Origin: the human T2T-CHM13v2.0 reference genome, Homo sapiens
Strand: one strand, 5' to 3'
Length of the DNA stretch: 64,000 bases
Assembly: GCF_009914755.1 (NCBI RefSeq)
Contig: NC_060941.1
Within the stretch, counting starts at the first letter, position 1; the number at the start of each line of letters is the position of its first letter. Shown in pieces: positions 13,981-31,814 of this stretch. The translations under genes and the position numbers were made by a program. The notes under the pieces were generated by a model. It was not told where the DNA came from. It ran no database searches and saw only the letters and a program-made list of their open reading frames with translations.

Positions 13981-14999
13981 ATCTCTGCTAGCAATATTAC
14001 CCATTCTGCTTCATTTGTTCATGGGTGGGCAAGTACTTCATACTCAATTATTTTAATTTAATAATTAACCTCTACAAATCTGTAGCTTCTGCTAAAATAC
14101 TGGAATATGTTCTGAGTTTTTCCCCCTTTTGAATAATTAATATTCTACTTGCTTAACTCCAGCATTTGAAGTTATATTTTCTCCAGCATTGTTCTGACTA
14201 CAGGATTGGCACCACTGCACCACTGGCACTCCTATTTTAGTCTCTGATGTTCCTGCTAATAGATTATCCATCTGTTATTCTGTCATTCTTTTTGCTATAT
14301 AACTATATTACTTTATGTAGCAGTGGACCGACTCAATGAATATGGGATCTCTAGCAACACGGTGACAGGGTAATTTAGTTAGAAATCTGCCAAATTCAAT
14401 ATCCGATATGCCGTGTGTTTACTTCAGCAATAAACAAAAAATAAGGTTCATAGTATTAAGACTGTATAAAGCACAAGTTTCAAACAATTGCATTTTTTAA
14501 TATTGGACATATTCCAAGAATTATACTATAATACTGTTATTTGAAATTTAAAGATTAGAGCATAGTAAGAAAAAGAAGTAAAAAAAGTGAAATGGAAGAT
14601 CCTTTTGGTAATAAACCAAAGATATATGGAAAGAGAGACAGATAATGTGTATAGTAAAATTCCATTTAATCCAAACCTAGTAATATTTTCGGAAAAAGTT
14701 ATTATAAGAAGTTAGATGAGATGCAGATCTTCCTTGAGAGCACATGATAAGAAAAAACAGGTATTTGTGTTAAAACATGATACTAGTAACAAGTTAAAAT
14801 TTAATCCATGTTTGCTTTTTAATATTAAGACAAAAATAAATTGAGTTGTATATCCCACAACTAAATATAAAACACATTGGCAAGTAAACAATACGTAGAG
14901 GAAGAAATATAGAATGTGACTACATGAAGATCTGTATATACGTAGCAATAAACTAGAAAATGAAAAATAACCCATTATCATTAAACAAATGGAAAAATA

Positions 15000-15400
15000 T
15001 ATACCTTCAATAAAGACACTAGGTGGAAGTTATCATATAAATATTTCCTTTCACATTTTTAAGGAACAGAAAATTTTCTTGCTACATAAACTATTTCAGA
15101 ACACTTAAAAATTAAAATGTTTCTAATTCATTTTGCTGAGATCATATGGCCCTGAGGTAAAAAAAAAAAAATTACAAAGGTAGTACAAAATAAAGAAAAT
15201 TATGAAACCATTTATTTCATAAATAAAGATGAAAAAGTGTTCGCACCCAAACTCACAAAATTAAAACTCAGCAAAATAAAGCAGAAATTAATTAAAATAA
15301 TAAAACACCATGACCATGTGAAGTTATTTCCAAAATATGATATAATTGAATATTTGAAAATCATGCATTAGATCAATGGATTAGTGGCAAAAATAATTAT
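15000..15400 (+). mobile_element. Ancient L1 ORF2 fragment (left arm of an inverted duplication)
   Basis: AAAGAAAATTATGAAACCAT...AAAACACCATGACCATGTG resembles the L1 RT-region consensus. An inverted copy lies at 15979-16235. Confidence 0.6.
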
Positions 15401-15519
15401 TTTGTAAAGGCTGAAAGGGTATCATGTAAAACTAGCATAACTATTTTTGATAATTACTCCTAGAATGAGGAAAACAAAAATGTCTTCATGTCAGTCTTCA
15501 GATAATAGCCAAAGGTTAA

Positions 15520-15810
15520 GTGTAAAAAGGGAGAAATAACATCACTCTTCTTGTTAACTCTTGTTAACTATTCTTTAGTTTGGAAAATATTGTTATTTTG
15601 TTTAATAAAAGTATTGTTTATATTTATGTTCAATGGGTTTTTCATTATTTTAAAATTAACATTTTAAAAATCTCAGCTTTAATTTTTATTGTGGTAAATA
15701 TTGATGAATATAACCAATATTAAGAAAAAGATCTTAGGTATCTTCAATAATTGTTAAGGATATAAAAATGTGGCCTTCAGGCTAAAAAGTTTGAGAGTTG
15801 TTCAACTACA
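15520..15810 (+). mobile_element. hAT-Charlie (Charlie2-like) fragment
   Basis: TGGTAAATATTGATGAATATAACC...CTTCAATAATT...AAAAAGTTTGAGA. Confidence 0.55.
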
Positions 15811-15849
15811 ATCAGGTAGTCATCTCCTAAATTATGACTTGAGTTTTCC

Positions 15850-16810
15850 CATCGCTCCAGAACTTTTCCTCATGTTCCAGGACACTACCTAGGTAACTAC
15901 TATTCTGACTTCTATCACAATATATTATTTTTTGGTTTTTTTTTTTGAACTTCAGGTAAAATTACATACTTTTAAAAACCATTGATAATTTTTATCATTA
16001 ATAAAATGTATTATTTTCAAAAATTAAACTATATGTACATTTTTAGAATTCCTTGATCATAGTGTTGTATTGTTTTAATTATTTTCTGGCTTTATTTTGC
16101 TGAGCTTTGATTTCTTGAAATTTGAATGCAAACGTTTTACATCTGTATTTGTAAAATAAATGGTTATATAATTTTCCTTATTTTGTACTGTCTTTGTAAT
16201 TTTTTTAATATTAAGGCTATATGATCTCAGCAAAATAAATACATTTCTTTTATGTTTATATTCCTTTCTTAAACACAATAAAATTTATTCATTATGTTGC
16301 ATGCCAGTAGTTCATTTTTTGTGTTAGTTTGTAACACTACTAGAAGTTAATAATACTACTACCAGGTAGTATTAATTGTGCGAATATACCATCATATGTT
16401 GACCAGTTCCCCTGTTAATTAACATCGCATCTTGGTTGTTTTCAGTTTTGGGCTAATATGAATACCACTGTGATGAACATTCTGTACAGTTTTTTTGTGG
16501 ACATGTGCACTAATTTATCTTGGATATATGCCTAGGAGTGTTATTGCTGGATTACAGAAGAGGCATCTATTTAACTTAGTAAGAAGTGACTAAACACTTT
16601 TCCAAAGTGGTATACCATTTTAGGATAGCAATACATGAAAGTTGCTTTTGCTTCACATTCTAGTTAATATTCTAGTGGCCTTATAATAGTATCTTATTGT
16701 AGTTGTAATTCCCAAAGAAATAATGGTGCTGAAAACTTTTTCAAATATCTATTGGCCATTTGGATATCTTCACTGATGAAGTATTCATTTCAGTATTTTG
16801 ACTTTTTAAA
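15850..16810 (-). mobile_element. L1ME-type 3' region interrupted by an inverted insert (15970-16240)
   Basis: CTATTCTGACTTCTATCAC...; TTGGTTGTTTTCAGTTTTGGGCTAATATGAAT...; TTTTCCAAAGTGG. Confidence 0.7.
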
Positions 16811-17090
16811 TTATTTTGGAAAGGAGAGGGTGGAGTTTGTCATTTTCTTATAGATTTGCAACTGTTGCTTTACTCTGGATGCAAAAACACAGAGAAATCC
16901 TTAAAATCTGGGTTTCCAGTGAGATGAGGAATATGTTGTTTCACTACATTAACTGTTTTACACATAAAAGAAGTGCATATAATGTCATGTTGCATACCTT
17001 AAATATACATAATAAAATATCTCTAAAAATAAATTTTTAAGAACAAGAAAATAATTTTTTTAAAAATTTGACACATCATTAGAAAAATAG

Positions 17091-17647
17091 TATGGTATAT
17101 GGGTTATAAAACAGCTACATTTTTCCCCTGTATTTGTATCCTATGTTATGTAATTTTGCTATGCTCTCCCGTATAGAGTCTGCACTCACACTCCGTGACT
17201 CTTGTCCTTGTTTCTATGCTCAGCTACATAATTTATTTTGGTTAATGGGATATTAGCAAATATGACGTAACTAGAGGCTTAAAAAATTGCTTACAAGTTT
17301 CTCCTTTCTCTCTTTTCACTGATTCCTTCCTAAAAACATGCCTGGGTTTGCCTTCTGGAGGATGATATATGAGGAGCAGTGCTATGTCAGTGTAGTCATC
17401 ACAGCCGATGATCTCTCTGAGCAGGTAACAGCCAACCAATCCTCAAACATGTGAGATAGCACAGGCAAAATTAACAAAGCCTACTTTACCAAACCGCAGC
17501 TGACTGCAAATACATGAGTAAACCCAGACTAGGTAATCACTCTGCCAATCCACTACTGCGAGGTAAATACTTAATTATTTTATTAAGCCACCGGGTTTTG
17601 TGGTTGTTTGTTATGCAACACGATTGTTGCAATAGATAACTGATTCA
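17091..17647 (+). mobile_element. MaLR LTR (MLT1G/H-like)
   Basis: Ends TTTTATTAAGCCACCGGGTTTTGTGGTTGTTTGTTATGCAAC...GCAATAGATAACTGATTCA, an MLT1 3' end. Confidence 0.75.
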
Positions 17648-17899
17648 CGGGGGCAATTGATTGCATAAAAGGAATTTACACAAAAAATACAGAAAGTATT
17701 TAAATGTATTAGTAACCAGGACAATGTAAACTCAATCAATAATGATACAGTTTTTCTCACTCATTATATTGGCAAATACTTTACATTTAAAAATATGCAA
17801 CATAGCCCAGAGAAATGAATACAATAGTGGGACTATAGCTTGTTATGTTTTTTCCTGGAAGGCAAATAGACAATATATAAACATTTAAAATATGCATTC

Positions 17900-20878
<2,979 letters not shown>

Positions 20879-20883
20879 CATGA

Positions 20884-22915
<2,032 letters not shown>

Positions 22916-23052
22916 AGATAATTGTTCTAAATACAATGACTATAGCAAATCATAAAGCTTTAATTGACATTAGAGCCTTCAGCATTGACTTGAGATTGAG
23001 TTGACTTAACATTGAGTTCAAACATAATTGACATTAAAATGTTTATGTTAAG

Positions 23053-24022
23053 TATGGGGGTAACCAGCCCCCAATATTTCAATGTAGGTTCTTTCTAAGT
23101 GTCAGCCAGTCTGAGAAATAAAGAGAAAGACTACAAAGAGGGGAATTTTACAGCTGGGCTGCCAGAGGTGACATCACATATCGGTGGGTCCGTGATGCCC
23201 ACCTGAGCCGCAAAACCAGCAGGTTTCTATTAAGGACTTCAAAAGGGGAGGGGGTGTATGAACAGGGAGTAGATCACAAAGATCCCATGCTTCTGAGGCC
23301 AATAAAGATCACAAGGCAAAGGGCAAAGCAAAGATCACAAGGCAAAGGGCAAAATTAGAATTACTGATGAGGGTCTATGTTCAGCTGTGTACGTATTGTC
23401 TTGATAAACATCTTAAACAACAGAAAACAGGGTTCGAGAGCAGAGAACTGGTCTGACCTCAATTTCACTGGGGTGGGGTTTTTCCCCACCCTAGTGAGCC
23501 TGAGGGTACTGCAGGAGACCAGGGCATATTTCAGTCCTTATCTCAACTGCATAAGACAGACACTCCCAGAGTGGCCTTTTATAAACCTCCCCCCAGGAAT
23601 GCATTCCTTTCCCAGGGTATCAATTATTAATATTCCTTGCTGGGAAAAGAATTCAGTGATATGTCTTCTACTTGCATGTTCATTTATAGGCTCTCTGCAA
23701 GAAGAAAAATATGGCTCTATTCTGCCCAACCCCACAGGCAGTCAGACCTTATGGTTGTCTTCCCTTGTTCCCAGAAAATCGCTGCTATTCTGTTCTTTTT
23801 CAAGGTGCACTGATTTCGTATTGTTCAAACACATATGTTTTACAATCAGTTTGTACAACAGTGGTCCTGAGGTGACGTACATTCTCAGCTTAGGAAGATA
23901 ACAGGATTATGAGATTAAAGCAAAGACAGGCATAAGAAATTATAAGAGTATTATTTAGGAACTGATAAATGTCCATGAAATCTTCACAATTTATGTTCAG
24001 AGATTGCAGTAAAGACAGGCAT
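23053..24022 (-). mobile_element. MER11 LTR (HERVK11/HML-8), 5'-truncated, within the retrocopy 3'UTR
   Basis: GGGGGTAACCAGCCCCCAATATTTCAA...GGTGACATCACATATCGG...AAGATCACAAGGCAAAGGGCAAA...ATAAATGTCCATGAAATCTTCACAATTTATGTTC matches reverse-complement MER11. Confidence 0.9.
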
Positions 24023-24416
24023 TTCCTGTATGTTTTAAGTTAATATTTCAAACAATCGAAGGCAAAACAACATATTGTAGTGGGTTACCTGTGCTGAACA
24101 CTGAATCATTTTTCCTCTTAAGTTGAAAATGATTTTAATGCAAAGCACCTTGTTTGAGCAGGCAGAGTCATGCGTCCTGCAGGCAGGGCGAGCTCCTCTC
24201 CATCTGGGGCAGGGTGGCGGAGAGGGGCAGGGACCTCAGTAAAGGAGTGGAGTGGGGCACTGGTTGCAGCAGGGACTGACAATTAGAACAGCTTATTAAA
24301 CTAGGCAAAGTCCTGGGTTGTTTGAGTGGTTAATGGAAACTGAAAGGTGACATAAAAAACTGCCTACTACACAAAGGGGGTGAAGAAATATTTCATTTTT
24401 CATGGAAATAAAGTCA

Positions 24417-24749
<333 letters not shown>

Positions 24750-24844
24750 TTAAAAAGAAAGGAAGATATTTTCTTTCTTTTTGTCTCTTTTCTTAGGACA
24801 TTTATTTAGAAAATTTGTAAATGCATTTTCTGTGTCTTCTGAGG

Positions 24845-25028
24845 TTTTTTTTTTTTTTTTTTTTTTTACGGAGTTTTTCTCTTGTTACACAGGCTGGAGT
24901 GCAAGGCATGATCTCACCTCACCGCAACCTCTGTCTCCTGGGTTCAAGCGATTCTCCTGCCTCGGCCTCCTGAGTAACTGGGATTACAGGCATGAGCCAC
25001 CATGCCCAGCTAACTTTGCATTTTTTAG
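24845..25028 (-). mobile_element. AluS right arm (partial) within the retrocopy 3'UTR
   Basis: Poly(T) followed by AGGCTGGAGTGCA...GGGTTCAAGCGATTCTCCTGCCTC...GGGATTACAGGC. Confidence 0.9.
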
Positions 25029-25169
25029 AAACTAATTAAACCTTTTTTCAGCTTAATGATCCAGGGATGTATTTCTGAAAAACTTGGGAGCTCTCTTTGA
25101 AAGGCAAACAGCAAGGGAGATAGTAACTTTATCTCAGTAGGAAATTAAATAATTCAAACATCAAATAAA

Positions 25170-25579
25170 TCCAATTTAAAGCTATTGACCTTTAGGTAAT
25201 TCTGAGCCTTGAGAGGAATGTGGCCATATAACCTGAGTCCAGTGGTATGCAGGGGCAACTTCTAAGTATTTTCCTGTAAGTAATTAGGAAGACTAAGCAG
25301 CCCCAAAGATAAGACCTCCTTGGATCATTGTCCCTTCTCATGGAGTGATAAAGTAACCTTCTTGAAGTGTATCAATCTGTAACCAACCAAGTTGCTGCAA
25401 CCTATGCACTACTCTTAAATGGAAAATGTCGTGATTTTGCTAAGGCGTCTCTGTCTTTCCCTCTGTGTGTGAAACCCTAATGTCTCCACTTTGGAACACT
25501 GATCCCATTCATTTAGAGTTGATGTTTCCAGGTGGCTATTTCCAAGCTTTGTGTTTAAGTAAATTCTGTACTTAACCAT
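25170..25579 (+). mobile_element. ERV1 MER4-group LTR (MER92-like), cut at its poly(A) site
   Basis: CACTTTGGAACACTGATCCCATTCATTTAGAG...CCAAGCTTTGTGTTTAAGTAAATTCTGTACTTAA resembles the R region of MER4-group LTRs. AGTAAA at 25558-25563 lies 16 nt before the poly(A). Confidence 0.6.
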
Positions 25580-25607
25580 AAAAAAAAAAAAGAAAATCCA
25601 CAAAAGC

Positions 25608-27850
25608 ATAAAACCCACTGGTAGAGTAAAAACACAAATAAGGACGAGAAAAGACTCAAATGTTACCACTACAGAAACCCGCCAAACCACAATAAAACAA
25701 TAAGAGAGAAACAAAGGAATAAAGGATATGCAAAAAAAAAAAAAAACCCCAGAAATCAATAAAATGGCAGGCACAAGTTCTCAAATATCAATAATAATCC
25801 TGAAAACTCTGAGATCTGATGAATAAATTTAGTAAAGATGCAGGATACAGAATCAACATACAAAGATCAGTAGCATGTTTACACACTAACAGTAAACTAG
25901 CTGAAAAAGAAATTAGGAGTGCAATTTCATTCTCAATAGCTCCAAAAACATATAAAGTACCTAGGAATAGATTTAACCTAAAAGGTAAAACACTACTACT
26001 ACAAAAAAAACCACAAAATTCTGTTGAAAATTTTAAAGATGATACAAGCAAATGGAAAGACATCCCATACTCATGGGTCAGAAGTAATATCATTAAATTG
26101 ACCATACTACCCAAAGCAATCTAAAGATTTAATGGAAAGCCTGTTAAAATACCAATGTCATTTTTCATAGAAATAGAATAAAGGAATTCTATAGTTTGTA
26201 TGGAACCAAAAAAGAGCCAAAATAATCAAAGCAACACTAAGCAAAAAGAACACAGCTGAAGGTATTACACTGTCTGACTTCAAAATATGTTACAAGGCCA
26301 TAGTAAACAAAACAGCATGGTATTAGTATAGAAACCGACACACAGACTAAAGGAACAGAATAGAGAAACCAGAAATGAACCCACATTTTAGACCCAACCG
26401 ATTTTTGACAAAGTACCAAAAGCATTAATTGGGATAAGGACAGTCTGTTCAAAAAAATGGTGCTGGGAAAATTGCATATCCATGTGCAAAATAGAACTGA
26501 AACCTTATCTTTCACCATATATAAAAATGAATGTGAGATGGATTAAAACATTAAACATATATAATAAACTATAATACTACTAGAAGCAAACATAGAGGAA
26601 ACACATTGGACTAGGCAAAGATTTTGAAGTCACAGCTAAGACCTCAAAAACACAGGCAACAACACCAAAAATAGACAAATGGGACCATATTAAACTAAAA
26701 AGCTTCTGCAGAGCAAAGGAAACAACAGAATGGAAAGAAAATCTATTGAATGGAAGAAAATATCTGCAAACCACTCATCTGGCAAGTAATATCCAGAATA
26801 CACAAGGAACTCAAACAACTCAACAGGAAAAAAGTAAATAATCTCATCTAAAAAAATTGTCAAAGGATGTGAATAGATAGATATTTCTCAAAATAATACA
26901 TACAAATGACCAATGGGTATATTAAAAAATACTCAGCATCCCCAATCATCAGGGAAATGCATGTGAAACCCACAATGAGATATCATATTACTCAAATTGG
27001 AATGATTATCATAAAAAGACAAAAAAAAGATGTATCCTGGCAAGAATGCAAAGAAAAAGGAACTAATATATCGTTGGTGGGAATGTAAATTAGTACAGCC
27101 CCCCTGGAAAACAGTATGGAGATTCCTTAAAAAGCTAAAAATAGAATTACTGTACAATTCAGCAATCCCACTACTGAGTATTTACTGAAAGAAAAGGAAA
27201 TCAGTATATTAAAGGGATACATGCACCCCCATGATTACCACAGCACTACTCACCATAGCAAAGATACAGAATCAAACTGTGCTCATTAACAGATAGCTGA
27301 ATACAAAAATGTGGTATATATACACAATGGAATACTATTTGACCATAAAACGGAATGAAATCATTTTATTTGTAGCAACATAGATGCAAGTGGAGGTGAT
27401 TACATTAAGTGAAATAAGCCAGGCACAAAAAAATAAATGTCATATGTTCTCACTCATATGTGGAAATTTAAAAAGTTGATTTCATGGAGGTAGAGAGTAG
27501 AATTATACATACCAGAGGCTGAGAAGGATTGTGCATGATGATGGTAGATGAAGAGGTTTGTTAATAAGCATGAACATACGATTAAATAGAATGAATAAAT
27601 TCTAGTGTTTGATAACAGAGTAAGGCATCTATAGTTAACAGCAGTGTGTTGTATATTTCACAATAATTAGAAGGGAGAATTTGAAATATTTCCAACACAG
27701 AGAAATGATAAATATTTGAGATTATGAATACGCCAAATACCCTGACTTGATTATTACACAATTTATGCATGTAATTAAATATCATATGTATCCCATAAAT
27801 ATGTATGAATATTATGTATTAAAACTACTAAAACAACTACTGAAATAAAA
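25608..27850 (+). mobile_element. L1MA4-type LINE, 3' part (inter-ORF spacer, internally deleted ORF2, 3'UTR)
   Basis: ORF2 start ATGGCAGG at 25764. ORF 25819-26124 (NKFSKDAGYRINIQRSVA...KWKDIPYSW...LPKAI) is L1 ORF2. The 3'UTR AAATACCCTGACTTGATTATTACAC...CCCATAAATATGTA is L1MA4-like. Confidence 0.9.
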
Positions 27851-30456
27851 TGTGTTTCATTTGGCATAGCAATTCTGATTCTAAGACATGAATGAAAGAC
27901 ATACATGTATATACTAAGAGGGAAATAAAACAATGTTCATTGCAAAAAAAAAATTTCTTAACAAAACCAAATGAAAAACAATATCATTACCTTTAAATGT
28001 AGGGTATGTATTTCATAATATGGATATATTATAAATTATTTAAATAATTATTTAAATTTGTAGTACATCCATATTATGGAGTATTACACAGCTGTTAAAA
28101 CTAATAAAAATAACTTATATTCTGTGACAGAGAAATATATCTAAGACTCTTGTTAAGTAAAAGATCCAGGAAAGAAGGCATATAATATAATATTATTTAT
28201 GTAAATGTGTAGTTTTGTATATAAGTGTGGGCAAGCACATGTATAAATACAAAGAAAAATGATTTATTGCATACGTCAACATGTTAGCTTTGTTTATTAC
28301 TTTGGGATAGAAAAATTGGTAGGGGGATGAAAGCAAGGGAAAAGTCATGTTTTCTCAAAAGAGATATTTCTTGATCTTCTTCAATAAAAGCGCATTTATT
28401 TAATACTTCTGTGATAAATGTATTCACAAGTAAAAGGACTTGTAATAAATGAAACTTCAAAACGATCTAAAAGACCAATACATGAATATTTAGTATATTT
28501 TAGTCTATCTCCAGCTGTTCAAAGAGGGTTTAAAACAAGAAAAAATTCATATAAGGAAGAGGTGAATAAATCTGAATATGTAAGAATTTAACATTTCTCC
28601 ATGCAATAAAACACTGAAAATGTATTGAGAGTCCATTGGCATCTTTAAAAAGCATTGTCATAGGGGTGGAATTAGCATCTTTTATACATAAACATTTCTT
28701 AGAAAACAGGAGAAAAGGATTAAAAAATATTAAGGTAGAAGGCACAAGATATTTTCAAAGGAGAAAAGCAATTAACAATCATCAAATAAAAAGACTTAAA
28801 CTTGGATAACAATCAAGAAAATGTACATTAAAAAATCAACAAGATGCCATTTTATGTATTAAATTGAGAAGGAATAAATAATCTTTCAAAATAATTCTCT
28901 TAATGGAACTATAGTGAAACAGACTCTCTCAGCTGTTGTTGGTGGGAATGTAAACTGATAGACATTTCGGAGAGCAATTTAGCAATGGTTTAGAAAAACA
29001 ACAAAAAGAAATATGTAGGGAGGTTATCAGTGATTATCCCTGGATGTTGGGATTAGGAATCATCTATTTTTTGTTACTTCTACTTAAAAAAAATTAAAAA
29101 TTATTAATACCTTGAGTGTCCACAATAAAGTTCCTTTTAAGCAAATGGCCTTGTGTCTACTACACAGACTATCGTGTAACTCTGGCATCGGCTTGCCAGA
29201 AGTTTCTGATTATTGGGTGAGTGTTCATTTTTATAACGAGACTGCAGAACACTGAACGGAGGATGGAACACAATCCCAACCAAACAACTCAACATTATAA
29301 AGTGGACAGAAGGGGGAATACTAGACCGTCATTGGTTGCTGCCTTTGGATGGTAAAAATGTCCAAGCCAATTCTTTCTACCTTTTGAAAATTTCCAAGTT
29401 ACCCAAATGAGTGTACACTACATTTAATTTGACCAAAAATGTGTGTATAACTGAGATTGGGTATTTTCTGGGGGAAAAGATTGCTCTAGATCTACAGGAT
29501 ATCTTATGTCCTACGGTCATTTCAATCTATTTTCCATGTCTCAAAAACAGAACTTTCATTGTTTTATGTGCAAGAGTTTCCAGTGTTTTGTTTGTTTTTT
29601 TAAAGATCCTGACATCAAGAAAGCATTTCTATTCTTCATTCCACATATTTCTTTTATTAATGTCTTCCCATGGTCTTTGAAATGTAATTTCAAAAGCTCA
29701 AAGAAGTCAACCTCCCTATACGCAATAAAAGTTTGTGGTTCTTAAATAACTTTAATCTTAATACTTTTTACTTTTTTTTTTTAAGGTACTCCTTTTCATA
29801 TTAGCTGATTTGCTCCTCTTTTTCCCGCATGCTGCCTACAGAAATCCTACTTTAATTATACCACTGCTGGAACTTCAAAAGAAAGCCTCAACACAATGGA
29901 TTTATTCTTTTTCAGTTTAATTTTACTTGTTAAAGAAGATTTCTTTAGCTACCAGCTTAAAAAAAGGTAGAGCTGAGTTTTATTAAACCTTGTTCTACTG
30001 CAAAGTTTCAGTTCAAGCTCTTTGAACCAGATCTGCTATGATGGAGGTCAGCCACTACTTTTTTTTTTTTAAAGATAATAACACACACACACGTCCTATT
30101 TTTATTCTTATTCTTCCATTGAAGTTATTTCTGTGAAAGGGGATATATTCCTTATTCTCCTATATCATAGAATATTGCTCTAAAATCTCTTAAATAAGAT
30201 AAAATAAATGTGGCAGCTTAAATATAAACTGGCATAGAGAATTAAATTAATTATCCATATACAGTTAAAGTTCAGAAAATAGAAATAAATACAAACAAAC
30301 TTAGAAGACTTGGTTTTATTAAGGACAACAAACAAGGGGCCCTGACCACTGAATATTTTCGAAACTTTTCTGCTTATAATTGTTGTTATTTAATCCACTA
30401 ACCACCCACTCCTGGCCATACCCTATAAAGCCAAGATGTGGTTCATGCATTTCTTT

Positions 30457-30789
30457 TTTTTTTTTTTTTTAACTTTAAGTTCTGGGATACATGTGCAGAA
30501 CGTGCAGGTTTGTTACATAGGTATACATGTGCCATGGTGGTTTGCTGTACCTGTCAACCCGTCATCTAGGTTTTAAGCCCCACAGGCTTTAGGAATTTGT
30601 CCTAATGCTCTCCCTCCTTTACCCCCTATCCCCTAAACAGGCTCTGGTGTGTGATGTTCCCCTCCCTATGTTCATATGATCTCATTGTTCAACTCCCACT
30701 TATGAGTGAGGACATATGGTGTTTGATTTTCTATTCCTGTGTTAGTCTGCTGAGAATGATGGCTTTCAGCTTCACCTATGTTCATCAGC
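30457..30789 (-). mobile_element. 5'-truncated L1PA8-like 3' end
   Basis: Poly(T), then ACTTTAAGTTCTGGGATACATGTGCAGAACGTGCAGG...AGGTTTTAAGCCCC. TSD CATGCATTTCTTT at 30444-30456 and 30790-30802. Confidence 0.92.
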
Positions 30790-31814
30790 CATGCATTTCT
30801 TTCTAATTTCATCTGATGCCATGTTACAATACACCCTCACCATGCTGTATGGTTACTAGCTCCTAAAATACACAATTCCTTCCAGATTCAAGGTATTTGA
30901 ATTTGCAGTTTCCTGTACTGGGAATGTTTTTGTTTCTACTTCACCTACATGATTCCTTCACCTATAGGTGATTCCTATATTTATTTATATAAATAAATAA
31001 AAACACGCAAACAACCCACACTAATGAGAGGGCACCTCAAGGGCTCTTCTGTAATGAGCCATGATTTAAAGATTTTATAACAATTTTTTTATTTGTCTTG
31101 TTCCTGCGTGTGTATCCAAGCCTAAAGCAATATATAATAATTAAGGGAGGCGAAAAAGGGCAGAGAGTCACAGAATATTAAGGTAGAAAGGCGCTTGAAA
31201 TGTCTCAGTCTAACCTTTTACTCTTTACTGGAGCCTAATCTTTTACTCTTTACTAGAGCCTAGAAGAAGGTGGCTCCTGGCAACATTCTGGCTTAAATAA
31301 AACACAAGAATATGTGCCTCTATGCAGCAGTCCTAAAAAAAATTCAGAAGAGAAGGACTAGGAGTTATCTCCCAGAAGGGTGTTCAAAGGCCAAAGGTGA
31401 GATTAAAAGTAACAGAGAATGAGCTGAAAAACAGAAAATGAATTCTAAAATATTCTCTTTGTTCCAGCCCTGCCTGTTTCTCTACCCACAGCCTACTCTC
31501 TCCCCTTCACTCACTGAATTCCTCCTACAAGAGCATTTTCTCAGTCATTTCAGGGGGACAAACTCTGTCTCAAATTTGTTTTTTATCATTTTCTCTACCT
31601 GGAAGAATTTTCCTTTTATTTAGCCAGGTGACTGTCATACCATATAATCCTCACTTTAAAACATCACCTTTAGAAAAATAAATCAGGTACCTTTGTTTTA
31701 TTCTGCTGCAGCCCCCATAATTTTCTTAGACAGAATCTATGGTAATTTTTACTCATGTAGTGTTTTTGTTTCTGTCTCGCTACTTGACTTTAGTACCAGT
31801 TGGGTACACATTTG

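Noticed and set aside
23300-23355. Direct repeat AAAGATCACAAGGCAAAGGGCAAA
   Set aside because: Internal repeat that is part of the MER11 LTR itself.
23377-23901. 174-aa ORF
   Set aside because: Lies wholly within the antisense MER11 LTR and has no recognisable domain.
31210-31259. 25-bp tandem duplication with two mismatches
   Set aside because: Ordinary old slippage duplication with no further structure.
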